Below, in pieces: positions 9,018 to 18,044 of a stretch of 64,000 bases of DNA (position 1 is its first letter; every line of letters begins with the position of its first letter). Source of the DNA: an archaeon (GTDB taxonomy: Archaea > SpSt-1190 > DYHY01); assembly GCA_043803745.1 (NCBI GenBank), contig JAZDJS010000015.1, positions 1 to 64,000 on the forward strand, written 5' to 3'. Both the position numbers and the translations under genes were made by a program. Below the pieces are notes generated by a model. The model was not told the DNA's origin and made no database searches. It saw only the letters and a list, made by a program, of their open reading frames with translations.

Positions 9018-10139
9018 TCAACGCTCCTTGATAAAAACGTTCCGTTTTGTGTTTTTTTCGGAAAGTATTTTACAAATTTCACCAACGATTTCCTTCGCTG
9101 CGACCCCTGTTCCGAAAGCTTTTCTGGCTTCGAGGGGAATTTTCCATTTTCCGCCCTTCGCAAGAACGATTGCTTCGAGAATTTTCTTGGAGTCTGTCGT
9201 CCTTATAGCGGCGCCCGAGATTTCTGCCTCCTGCCTTTCCGCGCGCTCGCGGAACTGGATGCAAGGGACGCCTAGCCAGCAAGCCTCCTCGGTTTCTCCG
9301 CCGGCATCGGTCAATATTGCCGTTGCCGAGGCAAGGAGGGTGAGGAATTTCTTTTGAGGAAGGTATTTGATTGTTTTCGCGTTTCTCGGAACCTGCAGGC
9401 CGAATTTGGCGAGCTGCCTTTCCAGGTTCTCCGGAAGGATCAACACGACTGGGAGGGGGCTTGCTGAGATGGCTGAAATGAAATCTGAAAGCCTTTTCCG
9501 TGAGGTCACGTTTTCGTGCCTGTGAATCTTTGCAATCAGGTATTTTCCCCTGCGCTTCTTTTGGGACATGCTGATTTTTTTTGATGCGGCATCGATGTTC
9601 GTGTTCCCGGTCACAAATATCCTTGAGCGGGGTTTCCCTTCGGCAAGGAGGTTCTGGGCGGAATGCCAGGTAGGGCAGAAGAAATAGTCGGAAAGCTTGT
9701 CGGCAATCCTTCGGGAAATTTCTTCCGGGAATGGTTCGCGGACGCTCCCCGAGCGGAGGCCTGCCTCAATATGGGCAAGCGTAAGCCCGAGCGATTTGGC
9801 TGCAAGCGCGCCGGCTGCTGTTGTCATTGTGTCGCCGTGGACAAGGACTACCGAGGGCTTGAGCTTGGAAAGGGCTTTTCGAATCCAGAAGAATGCTTTC
9901 ACCGACCAGATTGATGCGGCTGCTTTTGACAGGAACCGCCCCCTTCCCTTTGCGGAAGGGTCGAAGACATAGTCCGGCCTGGAAAGTCTGTTTTCCTTCA
10001 GCTCCTGGTCGATATTGTGCTGTCCTGTGAAAATGGAACTGTATCCTGGCCCGCTCCTCTTGAGCGCAGCCATCACAGGGGACATCTTGATTAGCTCCGC
10101 TTTGGTGCCAATCACTATTGCCGGTTTCCGTTTGGGCAT
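9018..10139 (-). CDS. wecB: UDP-N-acetylglucosamine 2-epimerase (non-hydrolysing)
   Basis: GTKAELIKM, TGQH, HGDT, HIEAGLRS, PFPEE, TGN, HRHEN, TDAGG. Confidence 0.9.
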   Translation of the reverse strand: MPKRKPAIVIGTKAELIKMSPVMAALKRSGPGYSSIFTGQHNIDQELKENRLSRPDYVFDPSAKGRGRFLSKAAASIWSVKAFFWIRKALSKLKPSVVLVHGDTMTTAAGALAAKSLGLTLAHIEAGLRSGSVREPFPEEISRRIADKLSDYFFCPTWHSAQNLLAEGKPRSRIFVTGNTNIDAASKKISMSQKKRRGKYLIAKIHRHENVTSRKRLSDFISAISASPLPVVLILPENLERQLAKFGLQVPRNAKTIKYLPQKKFLTLLASATAILTDAGGETEEACWLGVPCIQFRERAERQEAEISGAAIRTTDSKKILEAIVLAKGGKWKIPLEARKAFGTGVAAKEIVGEICKILSEKNTKRNVFIKER

Positions 10140-10205
10140 TTTTCAAACCTTGCGTTCGTGGATTGTTTAATAAGTTTATTAAAAGAGGGATGGCGCTAAG
10201 GGGTT

Positions 10206-10910
10206 ATGCGGCGGCTGACAGGCAAACGCGGATGGATTTTGGCTGCAATAGTCCCTGCCTACAATGAAAAAGGTAGGGTGGGTCCTGTCGTTAGGGCGCT
10301 TTCCAAATTCGTGGATACTGTGATTTTCGTCGATGACGGCTCCTCCGACGGGACGTTTGAGGAGGTTTCTTCCCTTGGGCTGCGGAACGTTGTTGCGGCG
10401 CGGCTCCCTGTAAACTGCGGAAAGGGTGCTGCGTTAAGAGCCGGTTTTTCAATTGCACGGAAGCTAGGGGCGAATGAAGTTGCGACGGTCGATTCGGACG
10501 GGCAACACCCTCCAAGTTTGCTTCCAGACCTTCTCAAAAAGCTGAGAAGAACTGGCGCAGATATTGTTGTTGGCTGCCGCGAGTTTTCCCATGGGATGCC
10601 CGTTGTCAAAAGACTCGGTAACCGCTGGATTTGCTTCCTTGCGCGGTTTCTTTTCGGAATACCCGTTTCCGACCCGCTTTCTGGCTTTCGCGTCTTTTCG
10701 GCTCGGGCAATAAGAAATTTGGAATGGAAATCGTCCGGCTACTCTGTGGAAATCGAGGTTCTTGCAAGGGCACGTAAATGCAAGCTCATAGTTTCCGAAA
10801 TGAAAATTCCGACAATCTACGCAGACAAATATAAAGGAACTGGGGTTGGAAGTGGTGTGAGGATCACGATCGACATGTTGAAGGGGCGGGTTTTCGGATG
10901 GTTCCAGTAA
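10206..10910 (+). CDS. GT2 polyprenol-phosphate glycosyltransferase (DPM1-like)
   Basis: PAYNE, VDDGSSD, GKGAAL, DSDGQH, SGFR. Confidence 0.9.
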   Translation: MRRLTGKRGWILAAIVPAYNEKGRVGPVVRALSKFVDTVIFVDDGSSDGTFEEVSSLGLRNVVAARLPVNCGKGAALRAGFSIARKLGANEVATVDSDGQHPPSLLPDLLKKLRRTGADIVVGCREFSHGMPVVKRLGNRWICFLARFLFGIPVSDPLSGFRVFSARAIRNLEWKSSGYSVEIEVLARARKCKLIVSEMKIPTIYADKYKGTGVGSGVRITIDMLKGRVFGWFQ

Positions 10911-11239
10911 TCCAGCTAATCGGCATAGGATTCGGCTTGCTGATGATGTATTTCGTTTTTGTTTCTTTCAGGCGCAAGGAGCTTGGGAGTTCGGACCTCG
11001 TGATTTGGCTCTCCCTCTGGGGCGCGTTCCTGCTCGCAGTTGTCTTTCCGGGAATTCTGCAGGGGGTTATTGGAAGCCTAAATGTTGTGCGCGTTCTCGA
11101 CCTGCTCATGGTCGCCTCGTTCATGGTCGCCTTTGCAATGCTTTTCAGGCTCTACAAAGGGCTGCGCAGGCTTGAAAGGAAGATGGATTCTCTTGCCGAA
11201 TCTTTCGCGGTCAGCGGACTCAGGAACCGACGTATTTGA
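10898..11239 (+). CDS. DUF2304-family small membrane protein
   Basis: Three TM segments plus C-terminal coiled coil; canonical position directly after a DPM1-like GT2. Confidence 0.8.
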   Translation: MVPVIQLIGIGFGLLMMYFVFVSFRRKELGSSDLVIWLSLWGAFLLAVVFPGILQGVIGSLNVVRVLDLLMVASFMVAFAMLFRLYKGLRRLERKMDSLAESFAVSGLRNRRI

Positions 11240-12644
11240 CGACGACGGAGCCTCCGCCAGTTGCCTTGCTGACGAACTGCTTCTCTATGGAGAAATTCGC
11301 CGGATATTTCTGAAGAAGCCCGAGCGCATACTGGGGTTGGGCCCAGTCGTAATTATCTATCTCGATGTATCTCGCGGTTCCAATTGAAAGGTTCGACAGC
11401 AGTTCCGCTTCATTTAAGGGAAGGGCGATGACGAGATGTCCGGAAAGAAGCCCGACTATCCTGTATGCGCCGGCATAAACCGGCTCCCCTTCGGGAACGT
11501 TCTTTTTCATCCATTCGGCTGAGTATTCTATCTCAAGATAGCCCCCTTTCTTCGCCTCGAACATCGCAAGCCCGAATGACAGGGTGTAGATTGAGAGGGC
11601 GACCACGAAAACCGCTGGAATCGCCAGTTTTGCAACTCCTTTCGGAATCTGGGATATTGCCTGGGAGATTTTCAGGGGGGCTGCGATGATTGCGATCGCA
11701 AGCAGCGGAAGAATTGACAGGAGATATCGCGCATCATAGGGCTCAACGGGGAGACGGGAAGCGGTAACTGCTATTGTGAAAGCTGCAATCGGAAGGAAAA
11801 ATTGCGACCTTGCGAGCAGCAGCAAGCCGATTATCGCGGCAAGGGCGGGGACAATTCCCCCGCAGACGAACTCGAACGCGGAAGGCACTTGGAAGATTGT
11901 CCGGGAGACAACCGCTCCCGCACCTGAGAAATTCACGACGGAGTAGAAGCCAAGCACCGAGGATTTCGCAAGAGCAATCCAGGTCAGGACGGGGACTGTG
12001 AAAATTGCGGCAGCGCAAATGACTGAAACAAGTGTTCCTTTCCTTTGGGAGCTGTTTTTGAATAAAGCAAGTGCGGCTGAAACTCCAAATGCTACGAGGA
12101 GGACGAGCGCATCAGGCACCCTTACGAAATATGCCGCGGCAATTGCCGCGCCTGCGAGCGCCGCCTTCTTCATTGATGTGGGCTCTTCCTGCCAACTGAA
12201 TATTGCCAGGAGCCCAATTGCGGAAACTGCCGCATCATAAACGTCGAGAAGGATTCTTGTTGAATAGAACAGGAACGTTGCGTTGGTTGCCATTACTGCC
12301 GTCGAGAGGATTGCGGCCTCCTTGGAATCCAGAAGTTTGCGCGCCAGGGAATATGTCCCCGCAAGGGCGAAAATGGCTGCAAGGACTGTTGCAAGGTAGA
12401 AAGGCAGTTTCGAAAAGCCTGTGCCTGTGAGGGCCATGAACGCCGCGGAAAGAATCGGCAATGCGGGGAAAACCCCTCCTTCGCCGCCGAGGGTCAGCCC
12501 ATTTCCGGAAAAGAAGTTTCGTGTTGCGCCCATGTAAAGAGCTTCGTCCGGCCAAAGGCCGTGCTCCTGGGTTACTAATGAGCCTGATACAAAGGCGAAC
12601 ACGGCAATCAAAAGGATGAGTATTTTCCCAGTGGGTATCTTCAT
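11220..12644 (-). CDS. GT-C fold membrane glycosyltransferase (PMT/ArnT, GT39-like)
   Basis: WPDEALY in first loop, multiple TMs, RYLL motif, soluble C-terminal domain. Confidence 0.8.
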   Translation of the reverse strand: MKIPTGKILILLIAVFAFVSGSLVTQEHGLWPDEALYMGATRNFFSGNGLTLGGEGGVFPALPILSAAFMALTGTGFSKLPFYLATVLAAIFALAGTYSLARKLLDSKEAAILSTAVMATNATFLFYSTRILLDVYDAAVSAIGLLAIFSWQEEPTSMKKAALAGAAIAAAYFVRVPDALVLLVAFGVSAALALFKNSSQRKGTLVSVICAAAIFTVPVLTWIALAKSSVLGFYSVVNFSGAGAVVSRTIFQVPSAFEFVCGGIVPALAAIIGLLLLARSQFFLPIAAFTIAVTASRLPVEPYDARYLLSILPLLAIAIIAAPLKISQAISQIPKGVAKLAIPAVFVVALSIYTLSFGLAMFEAKKGGYLEIEYSAEWMKKNVPEGEPVYAGAYRIVGLLSGHLVIALPLNEAELLSNLSIGTARYIEIDNYDWAQPQYALGLLQKYPANFSIEKQFVSKATGGGSVVVKYVGS

Positions 12645-12693
12645 GGATGGACAATTCCAAACATATTTTAAAGAGTTGCGCAAATTTCATCGA

Positions 12694-14097
12694 ATGGTTA
12701 GCTTGGTTTCTGAGCTCGACGTCCCGGTAAAACCTGTTTTGCCGGTTCTTGTCAACACGGAGCTCCTGAAGCGCGAATGTGCAAGGGCGCGGCTGGTCCC
12801 GCTGATAGTTACGTCCACAAAGCCGGATTTTTACAAGCAGTGGCCTCTTCTGCCTGCCGCCGGAAAAGCCGGGCTTCCAAGGGTTGTGATGAACACGGGG
12901 CAGCACTTCGATTCCCTCCTTGGTCATGGCCTTGACGAGTTTGGGATACGTGAAAATATTGGAATTGACTTGAGGATAAAGGGGAACCTTTCCGAGAAAA
13001 CATCGGAAGTCGTTGCAAAACTGGGAGTTGTCTCGTCATTTCTCTCAAAGGAATTCCCGGATAACATCTTCCTACCGATAGTGCACGGAGACACGCACGC
13101 CGCCGGGATGGTCCCTCTCGGCTGGATGTTCGCAACAAACCAGATGGCCGCCCAGAATGAGGCGGGCTTGCGGGCAATGCAGCCGGACTTTGCGAACAGG
13201 AAAAATCTCCGGAAGTTCGTCAACGACCAGTTTGAAAGGAAAAACTGGGTTCTGAACCGGACGGAGCCGTTTCCGGAGCAGTATGACACGTTCATCGGCG
13301 GAGCGGCATGCCATTATCATTTCGCGCCGACTGAGCTCAACAAAGACAACCTTGTCAGGGAGGGTTATTTCGAAGGGCGCGTGCCTGTTGTCGGGAACTC
13401 CGTTGTCGAGGCTCTCCGGGAAAAAATGGGCAAGAAGCCCGAATGCTCGATTTTCGGAGAATATCCCCGCCTTGAGAAAGGGGATTGGATAAGAGTCGAT
13501 GTTCATAGGCGCGAAAACATGATCGGCGACCGCTTCAAGGCAATATTTGGGGGGATAAGGCGGCTTGTCCGCTCAGGGAGAAATGTTGTTTTCGTTGAAA
13601 TGAACGCGAACAAGTTCGCGGTTGAGCAAGCCGGCCTTGAAACCGAGCTTGAGAAACTGAAAGGCTGCAAAAACTTCCTCTACACTCCTTTGTGGAGGGA
13701 GTATGGACAGGTTGTCGAATTCCTGAAAAGTGATTTTTGCGTTGCTGAACTGACGGACAGCGGAAGCATGCAAGAGGAGCTTAACGAGCTAAAGGGACCT
13801 GTTTGCTTGACCTGCAGGTTCAGCACAGACAGGCCGGAAAGTGTTTTTTCTTCCGGGAGCAACCTTCTGGTTCCTCCGATTTCCGCTGAATATGTTGCGG
13901 ACCTGACCGAACACATTCTTAGCTCCGACAGCCTTGTCGCACGAATGCGGAAAGGGCGCCGCCTTTATGGCCGGTTCCCATCAAGGAAAATCATGTCGTT
14001 CCTGAAGAAACGCTTGGATGAAGTTCCATTCGAATGGGCGAACGAACGGGCGGGCGTTTCCTACAGGAACTCTGGGGGGGGAAGATACTTCCTGTGA
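12694..14097 (+). CDS. Second, long UDP-N-acetylglucosamine 2-epimerase-family protein
   Basis: TKPDFYKQ, TGQH, HGDT, NEAGLR, EPFPEQ, VGN, HRREN, TDSGSMQEE; start could alternatively be 12643. Confidence 0.85.
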   Translation: MVSLVSELDVPVKPVLPVLVNTELLKRECARARLVPLIVTSTKPDFYKQWPLLPAAGKAGLPRVVMNTGQHFDSLLGHGLDEFGIRENIGIDLRIKGNLSEKTSEVVAKLGVVSSFLSKEFPDNIFLPIVHGDTHAAGMVPLGWMFATNQMAAQNEAGLRAMQPDFANRKNLRKFVNDQFERKNWVLNRTEPFPEQYDTFIGGAACHYHFAPTELNKDNLVREGYFEGRVPVVGNSVVEALREKMGKKPECSIFGEYPRLEKGDWIRVDVHRRENMIGDRFKAIFGGIRRLVRSGRNVVFVEMNANKFAVEQAGLETELEKLKGCKNFLYTPLWREYGQVVEFLKSDFCVAELTDSGSMQEELNELKGPVCLTCRFSTDRPESVFSSGSNLLVPPISAEYVADLTEHILSSDSLVARMRKGRRLYGRFPSRKIMSFLKKRLDEVPFEWANERAGVSYRNSGGGRYFL

Positions 14098-14774
14098 GTG
14101 CGCAGTTCAAAAAGACCCGCGGGTTTGCCCGAGCTCTCGCAGACTTCCTGACGTTTCCTCTCAGGGCGCTCACGCTTTTCCATTCAGACTTGTTTTTTCT
14201 CTCATCCCTTGCTTCAGAAAGATTTTACTATGTTGCCGCGGAAGTCGAAGGTGTTTGCCTAGACGTTGGCTGCGGAAGGGGCAACAGATTCGTTTCAGAG
14301 TTCTTGGGGGGAAACGGCGAAGGTGTCGATGTTTTTCCCTATGAGGGGCTCAATAGGGAAAACTTGGTGAAGGACCTTTCACGATTTCCTTTCAAAACGG
14401 CTTCGTTTGGCACGGTGACTTTCATAGCGAACATAAACCACGTTCCGAAGAAATTACGTGACAAGGAACTTTCCGAAGCGTTCAGATGCCTGAGAATCGG
14501 AGGAAAAATAGCGATAACTATGGGCAATCCCCTTGCGGAGATTGCAGTCCATAAAGTAGTTCATCTCTACGACAGGTTCCTTGGGACGCATAACGACCTT
14601 GATGGGGAGCGGGGAATGGATGAGATTGAGGAAGCGTTCTTCCTCACGGATGCGGAAATTGTCGGGAGGCTGAAGAAAGCCGGATTTTCAAGAATAAGAA
14701 AACGGTATTTCGTAACGCAGTGGTTCCTCAATCACATGTTCATTGCTGACAAGTCCCGAGACTGGAAAGGGTGA
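14094..14774 (+). CDS. Class I SAM-dependent methyltransferase
   Basis: LDVGCGRG, GVD, FPF...F..V, L..GG; GTG start overlaps upstream TGA. Confidence 0.85.
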   Translation: MSAQFKKTRGFARALADFLTFPLRALTLFHSDLFFLSSLASERFYYVAAEVEGVCLDVGCGRGNRFVSEFLGGNGEGVDVFPYEGLNRENLVKDLSRFPFKTASFGTVTFIANINHVPKKLRDKELSEAFRCLRIGGKIAITMGNPLAEIAVHKVVHLYDRFLGTHNDLDGERGMDEIEEAFFLTDAEIVGRLKKAGFSRIRKRYFVTQWFLNHMFIADKSRDWKG

Positions 14775-14780
14775 TCCTGT

Positions 14781-15764
14781 CTATTTGGTTGGGTTCTTTT
14801 TCGTCAAATCCGGTGCAACCAGAATTCCGGAAAATACAACCGGCCAAAACCCGGCCAACCTGTCTATTATCAGTGCGACGGAGACCTGGTGCACGGGAAC
14901 TCCTACCAAGGAAAACAATGCCACGGCTGAAAGGTCTGAAGTTCCAAGACCTCCGGGCACCGTTGATACGACTCCGGCGATTATTGATATTGACAGTATC
15001 TGGGCTACCTGGAAAAATCCTTGCGTTCCGGCGCCCAGCAGGAAAAGGACGAAATAAAACCTTGAGAACTCTACGGTCCATATTGCGGTTGAAAGCGCCG
15101 CGGCCAGAAAGAATCCGGGCCGCCTGATTGTCGCTTGAACTGCGCGTTCCATCCGTTTCCCCTTGTCCCGAAGTATTTTGCGGAAAAGGAAGGTTGAGAA
15201 GGGGGGAATGGTTAGAGAAATGCCTGTTGCGGCGACGACTCCTCCGATCAAAAACGTTCCGAACGCGAGTGCGGTTGTGCCTTGCTTCAGGAGGAAAACC
15301 CCCTGAACTGAAAGGAATAGCAGAATGGAAAAATCAAACAGCCTTTCGAATATCAGAGAGAAAATGCTTTTTCTGAACGGCGTCCTGGAGACATTCCTGA
15401 GAAAAAAACACCTCGCAAGCTCCCCTGCTCTTGCGGGGGTTACGAGGGAAATCGCAGAACTTGCAAGGATTATTTGGATGGTTTTTTTGAATTCCTGGGG
15501 GCGCTCTTTTTCCTCAAGAAGAAGGAGCCACCTGAACGCCCTTAAGACGATCGATAGGGCGGTTGGAATAAGCAGAAGGGGAAATGTGTAGAACGGGAAT
15601 TTTTTGACTGCTGCGAACAGAAGTTCCCGGTCATTCAGCAAAATGGTGGCTGCCAGTATCGCTGCGAAAATCGCAAGAATCCCGAGAAAATGGATTTTTT
15701 TGAATAAACCAATCCCGCTGCTTCGGGCAGTTTTTCCTTTTCGTCCGGACGCGCGCAGTTTCAT
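14781..15764 (-). CDS. Lysylphosphatidylglycerol synthase TM / flippase-like domain protein (UPF0104)
   Basis: RAFRW, TPARAGE, ERLFD, PGGLG, DR motifs; multi-TM. Confidence 0.85.
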   Translation of the reverse strand: MKLRASGRKGKTARSSGIGLFKKIHFLGILAIFAAILAATILLNDRELLFAAVKKFPFYTFPLLLIPTALSIVLRAFRWLLLLEEKERPQEFKKTIQIILASSAISLVTPARAGELARCFFLRNVSRTPFRKSIFSLIFERLFDFSILLFLSVQGVFLLKQGTTALAFGTFLIGGVVAATGISLTIPPFSTFLFRKILRDKGKRMERAVQATIRRPGFFLAAALSTAIWTVEFSRFYFVLFLLGAGTQGFFQVAQILSISIIAGVVSTVPGGLGTSDLSAVALFSLVGVPVHQVSVALIIDRLAGFWPVVFSGILVAPDLTKKNPTK

Positions 15765-15780
15765 TTTGGATTCACAATCG

Positions 15781-16533
15781 TCAGGAAGATTGCCTTTCAG
15801 CCGGGAGCCATTTGCCCGAAAGCACGCAGCCTGCGAGCTTCCTTTTCGCACACAGCCCCGGAAAAACATCCTTTTCAAGGCTACGGGCGGACTCGGAAAT
15901 TTGGGGGAAAATCGACTCGCTGAAAACAAATATTCCTGTGCTGACGAGGTGGCTTTCAGCTTCCTTGGGTTTTTCGTTGAACGCGGTTATGAATTTCCCC
16001 TGAAGATCCACTACTCCGAAATCCGTGGGCGTTTTCACGGTTGTCAACGCAGCCGTGACGTCCGCGCCGGAATTGTTGTGGAATCCCACCAGGTCGTTTA
16101 AGTTGAATTCGAAGAAATTGTCGCCGTATATCAGCAAAAACACCCCTTTCGGCTTTGATTTGATCTTCTTGAGTGCTGCGGCAGTCCCCGTTTTCTCCTT
16201 TTGCTCTGAATAGTTGATTCCTGTGCCCTCGGCGTTCCCTATTACCTTCTTCAACTCGGAGGATATCGAGGATGTTGTGCATATTGTTATTTTGGAAACT
16301 CCCATTTCCCGGAGGAAAGCTATTATTTGGAGTATTATTGGCTTGCCGGAGGTTTCTTTGAGCGATTGCGCGTCTCCCGCGAGGATTACTGCGGGAACTC
16401 CCGTGGGGGAGAGCGCGTCTTCGAGAATTTTCTCTATTGCCCTGGAACGGTTGCTTTCGGAAGTTTCCCCTGAGAGCTCGTCAAGCCGCTGAAGGACGTC
16501 CTCTTTGAGTGTTATTGAAATCCTCCTTCTCAT
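15781..16533 (-). CDS. Ribbon-helix-helix (CopG/NikR-like) domain fused to degenerate sugar-phosphate nucleotidyltransferase domain
   Basis: N-term RRISITLKEDVLQRLDEL...NRSRAIEKIL; then AVILAG, GTA, YGDN, FGVV, FNEKP; GxGTR..PK loop absent. Confidence 0.8.
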   Translation of the reverse strand: MRRRISITLKEDVLQRLDELSGETSESNRSRAIEKILEDALSPTGVPAVILAGDAQSLKETSGKPIILQIIAFLREMGVSKITICTTSSISSELKKVIGNAEGTGINYSEQKEKTGTAAALKKIKSKPKGVFLLIYGDNFFEFNLNDLVGFHNNSGADVTAALTTVKTPTDFGVVDLQGKFITAFNEKPKEAESHLVSTGIFVFSESIFPQISESARSLEKDVFPGLCAKRKLAGCVLSGKWLPAERQSS

Positions 16534-16608
16534 GTCATAAACTGCCTCCCGGGAGGATTCCAAAGTTTTTTATTTATAAAAGCCGTCTAAAAAGCCTGGA
16601 AAAGTGAA

Positions 16609-17706
16609 ATGAAAGCAGTTATTCTTGCGGGAGGGAAAGGGGAGGATTTGTATCCTCTGACAATCACCCGTCCAAAGGCGATGTCGCTTGTAATGAATCA
16701 GCCGATACTCGAGCGGATAATTGAGAACATGCCCAAGGAGATAGATGAGATTTTCGTTACAACGGATCATATGGCGGATGCGATAAAGAAGCATTTTTCC
16801 GAAAAGGCGGTGAAAAGGCGGTTCGCCGGGAGGAAAATAGAGATTTTCGAGGAGGAGCGCCCGCTCGGAACCGCGGGCTCGATAAAGCAACTTGAAAAGA
16901 ACATCCAGGAGACTTTTTTGGTTGTCCAAAGCGACATAATTTCCTCCGTCGATTACTTCAAGTTGATCAATTTCCACCGGGAGAAAAAGGCAAAGGCGAC
17001 AATGTCGAGTTTCAGGGTCAAAAGCCCGCTGGATTACGGGATTCTGGGGGTTGATGAGGATGGGCGCGTAATGAAATTCCTCGAGAAGCCGAAAATTGAC
17101 CAGGTTTTCTCGACAATGATTAATGCGGGCGCATATGTCTTCGAACCTTCGGTTTTTGAGGAGGTTCCTGCGCACGGAATTTGCGATTTTTCGGGAGATG
17201 TTTTTCCTAGGATGATACGGAAAGGAGAACTCGTAACGGCGCTAGAATTCAAGGGGATTTGGACCGACATTGGCTCATTCAAGAATTACCTCGAGGCGCA
17301 CAAGTTGCTGCTTGAGCGGTCCATGACTTTCTCGGTCCAGAGCAAATCGAAGGCAAGCATGATTCCTCCTGTGTTGATCGGAACGGGTGGGAAAATAAAC
17401 GCTGCTACGATAGGTCCCGATGTCTGCATTGCGAACGGCGTCGACATCGGGAAGAATGTGAAACTAACCGATTCGGTCGTTTACGGCGGGGTGACGATTG
17501 GGGAAGGTTGCATCGTAAAGGGCAGCATTATCGGAGAGGGTGTGACTCTTGGAAGGAATGTTGTTGCGGTCGGAACGCTCATAGGGGATGGCGCCAAAAT
17601 CAAGGACCGGGTTCGTATTGGCTCCAGCAGCAAAATATGGCCGAACACGCGCGTGAACAAAGACGTCCCGGAGAAGGAATGGTTCGGCTTCCTTAGGGAG
17701 GATTGA
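16609..17706 (+). CDS. NDP-sugar pyrophosphorylase (mannose-1-phosphate guanylyltransferase/GCD1 family) with C-terminal beta-helix
   Basis: MKAVILAGGKG..LYPLT..RPK, PLGTAG, FLEKP, INAGAY, WTDIG, hexapeptide tail. Confidence 0.9.
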   Translation: MKAVILAGGKGEDLYPLTITRPKAMSLVMNQPILERIIENMPKEIDEIFVTTDHMADAIKKHFSEKAVKRRFAGRKIEIFEEERPLGTAGSIKQLEKNIQETFLVVQSDIISSVDYFKLINFHREKKAKATMSSFRVKSPLDYGILGVDEDGRVMKFLEKPKIDQVFSTMINAGAYVFEPSVFEEVPAHGICDFSGDVFPRMIRKGELVTALEFKGIWTDIGSFKNYLEAHKLLLERSMTFSVQSKSKASMIPPVLIGTGGKINAATIGPDVCIANGVDIGKNVKLTDSVVYGGVTIGEGCIVKGSIIGEGVTLGRNVVAVGTLIGDGAKIKDRVRIGSSSKIWPNTRVNKDVPEKEWFGFLRED

Positions 17707-17772
17707 TTTTGTTCGGCATATCCGGTTTCGTCTTGGACGGATCTGTTCTCCTCCGTCGGTTTTTTGCTTACT

Positions 17773-18044
17773 GTGAAGCTTCTCCGCCCTAAAGGGTGGA
17801 GTCAACCGAAACGTTGGTCCGGCTACGCTGTGACTTCGCCCAAATTCGCATACATTTTTCGGGCTTCTTTGCTCCGCAGAGTTGTCCTCAGACAATCCAG
17901 CTAAGGGCAGGACCTCCGGCGTATCCAGGACATCCGTGCCCTGCTGAGCGACCGAAGGAAAGCGAAGTAAAGAGCTCAGCTTGGAAGGGCGACGGCTTTT
18001 CCGTGCTGAAGCGCCGATCCATTCGAGGCTGGACGCCCGAATGG
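17773..18044. mobile_element. Non-coding structured element with IS200/IS605-type end (non-autonomous derivative or omega-RNA-like), element A
   Basis: Minus strand ends CTCCACCCTTTAGGGCGGAG-AAGC-TTCAC (hairpin plus TCAC); several internal inverted repeats; carries shared motif at 18000-18017. Confidence 0.55.

Noticed and set aside
12642-12645. Head-to-head genes sharing overlapping start codons (CATG)
   Set aside because: A downstream ATG at 12694 with a TTTTAAAA box at suitable distance is a more plausible start for the epimerase.
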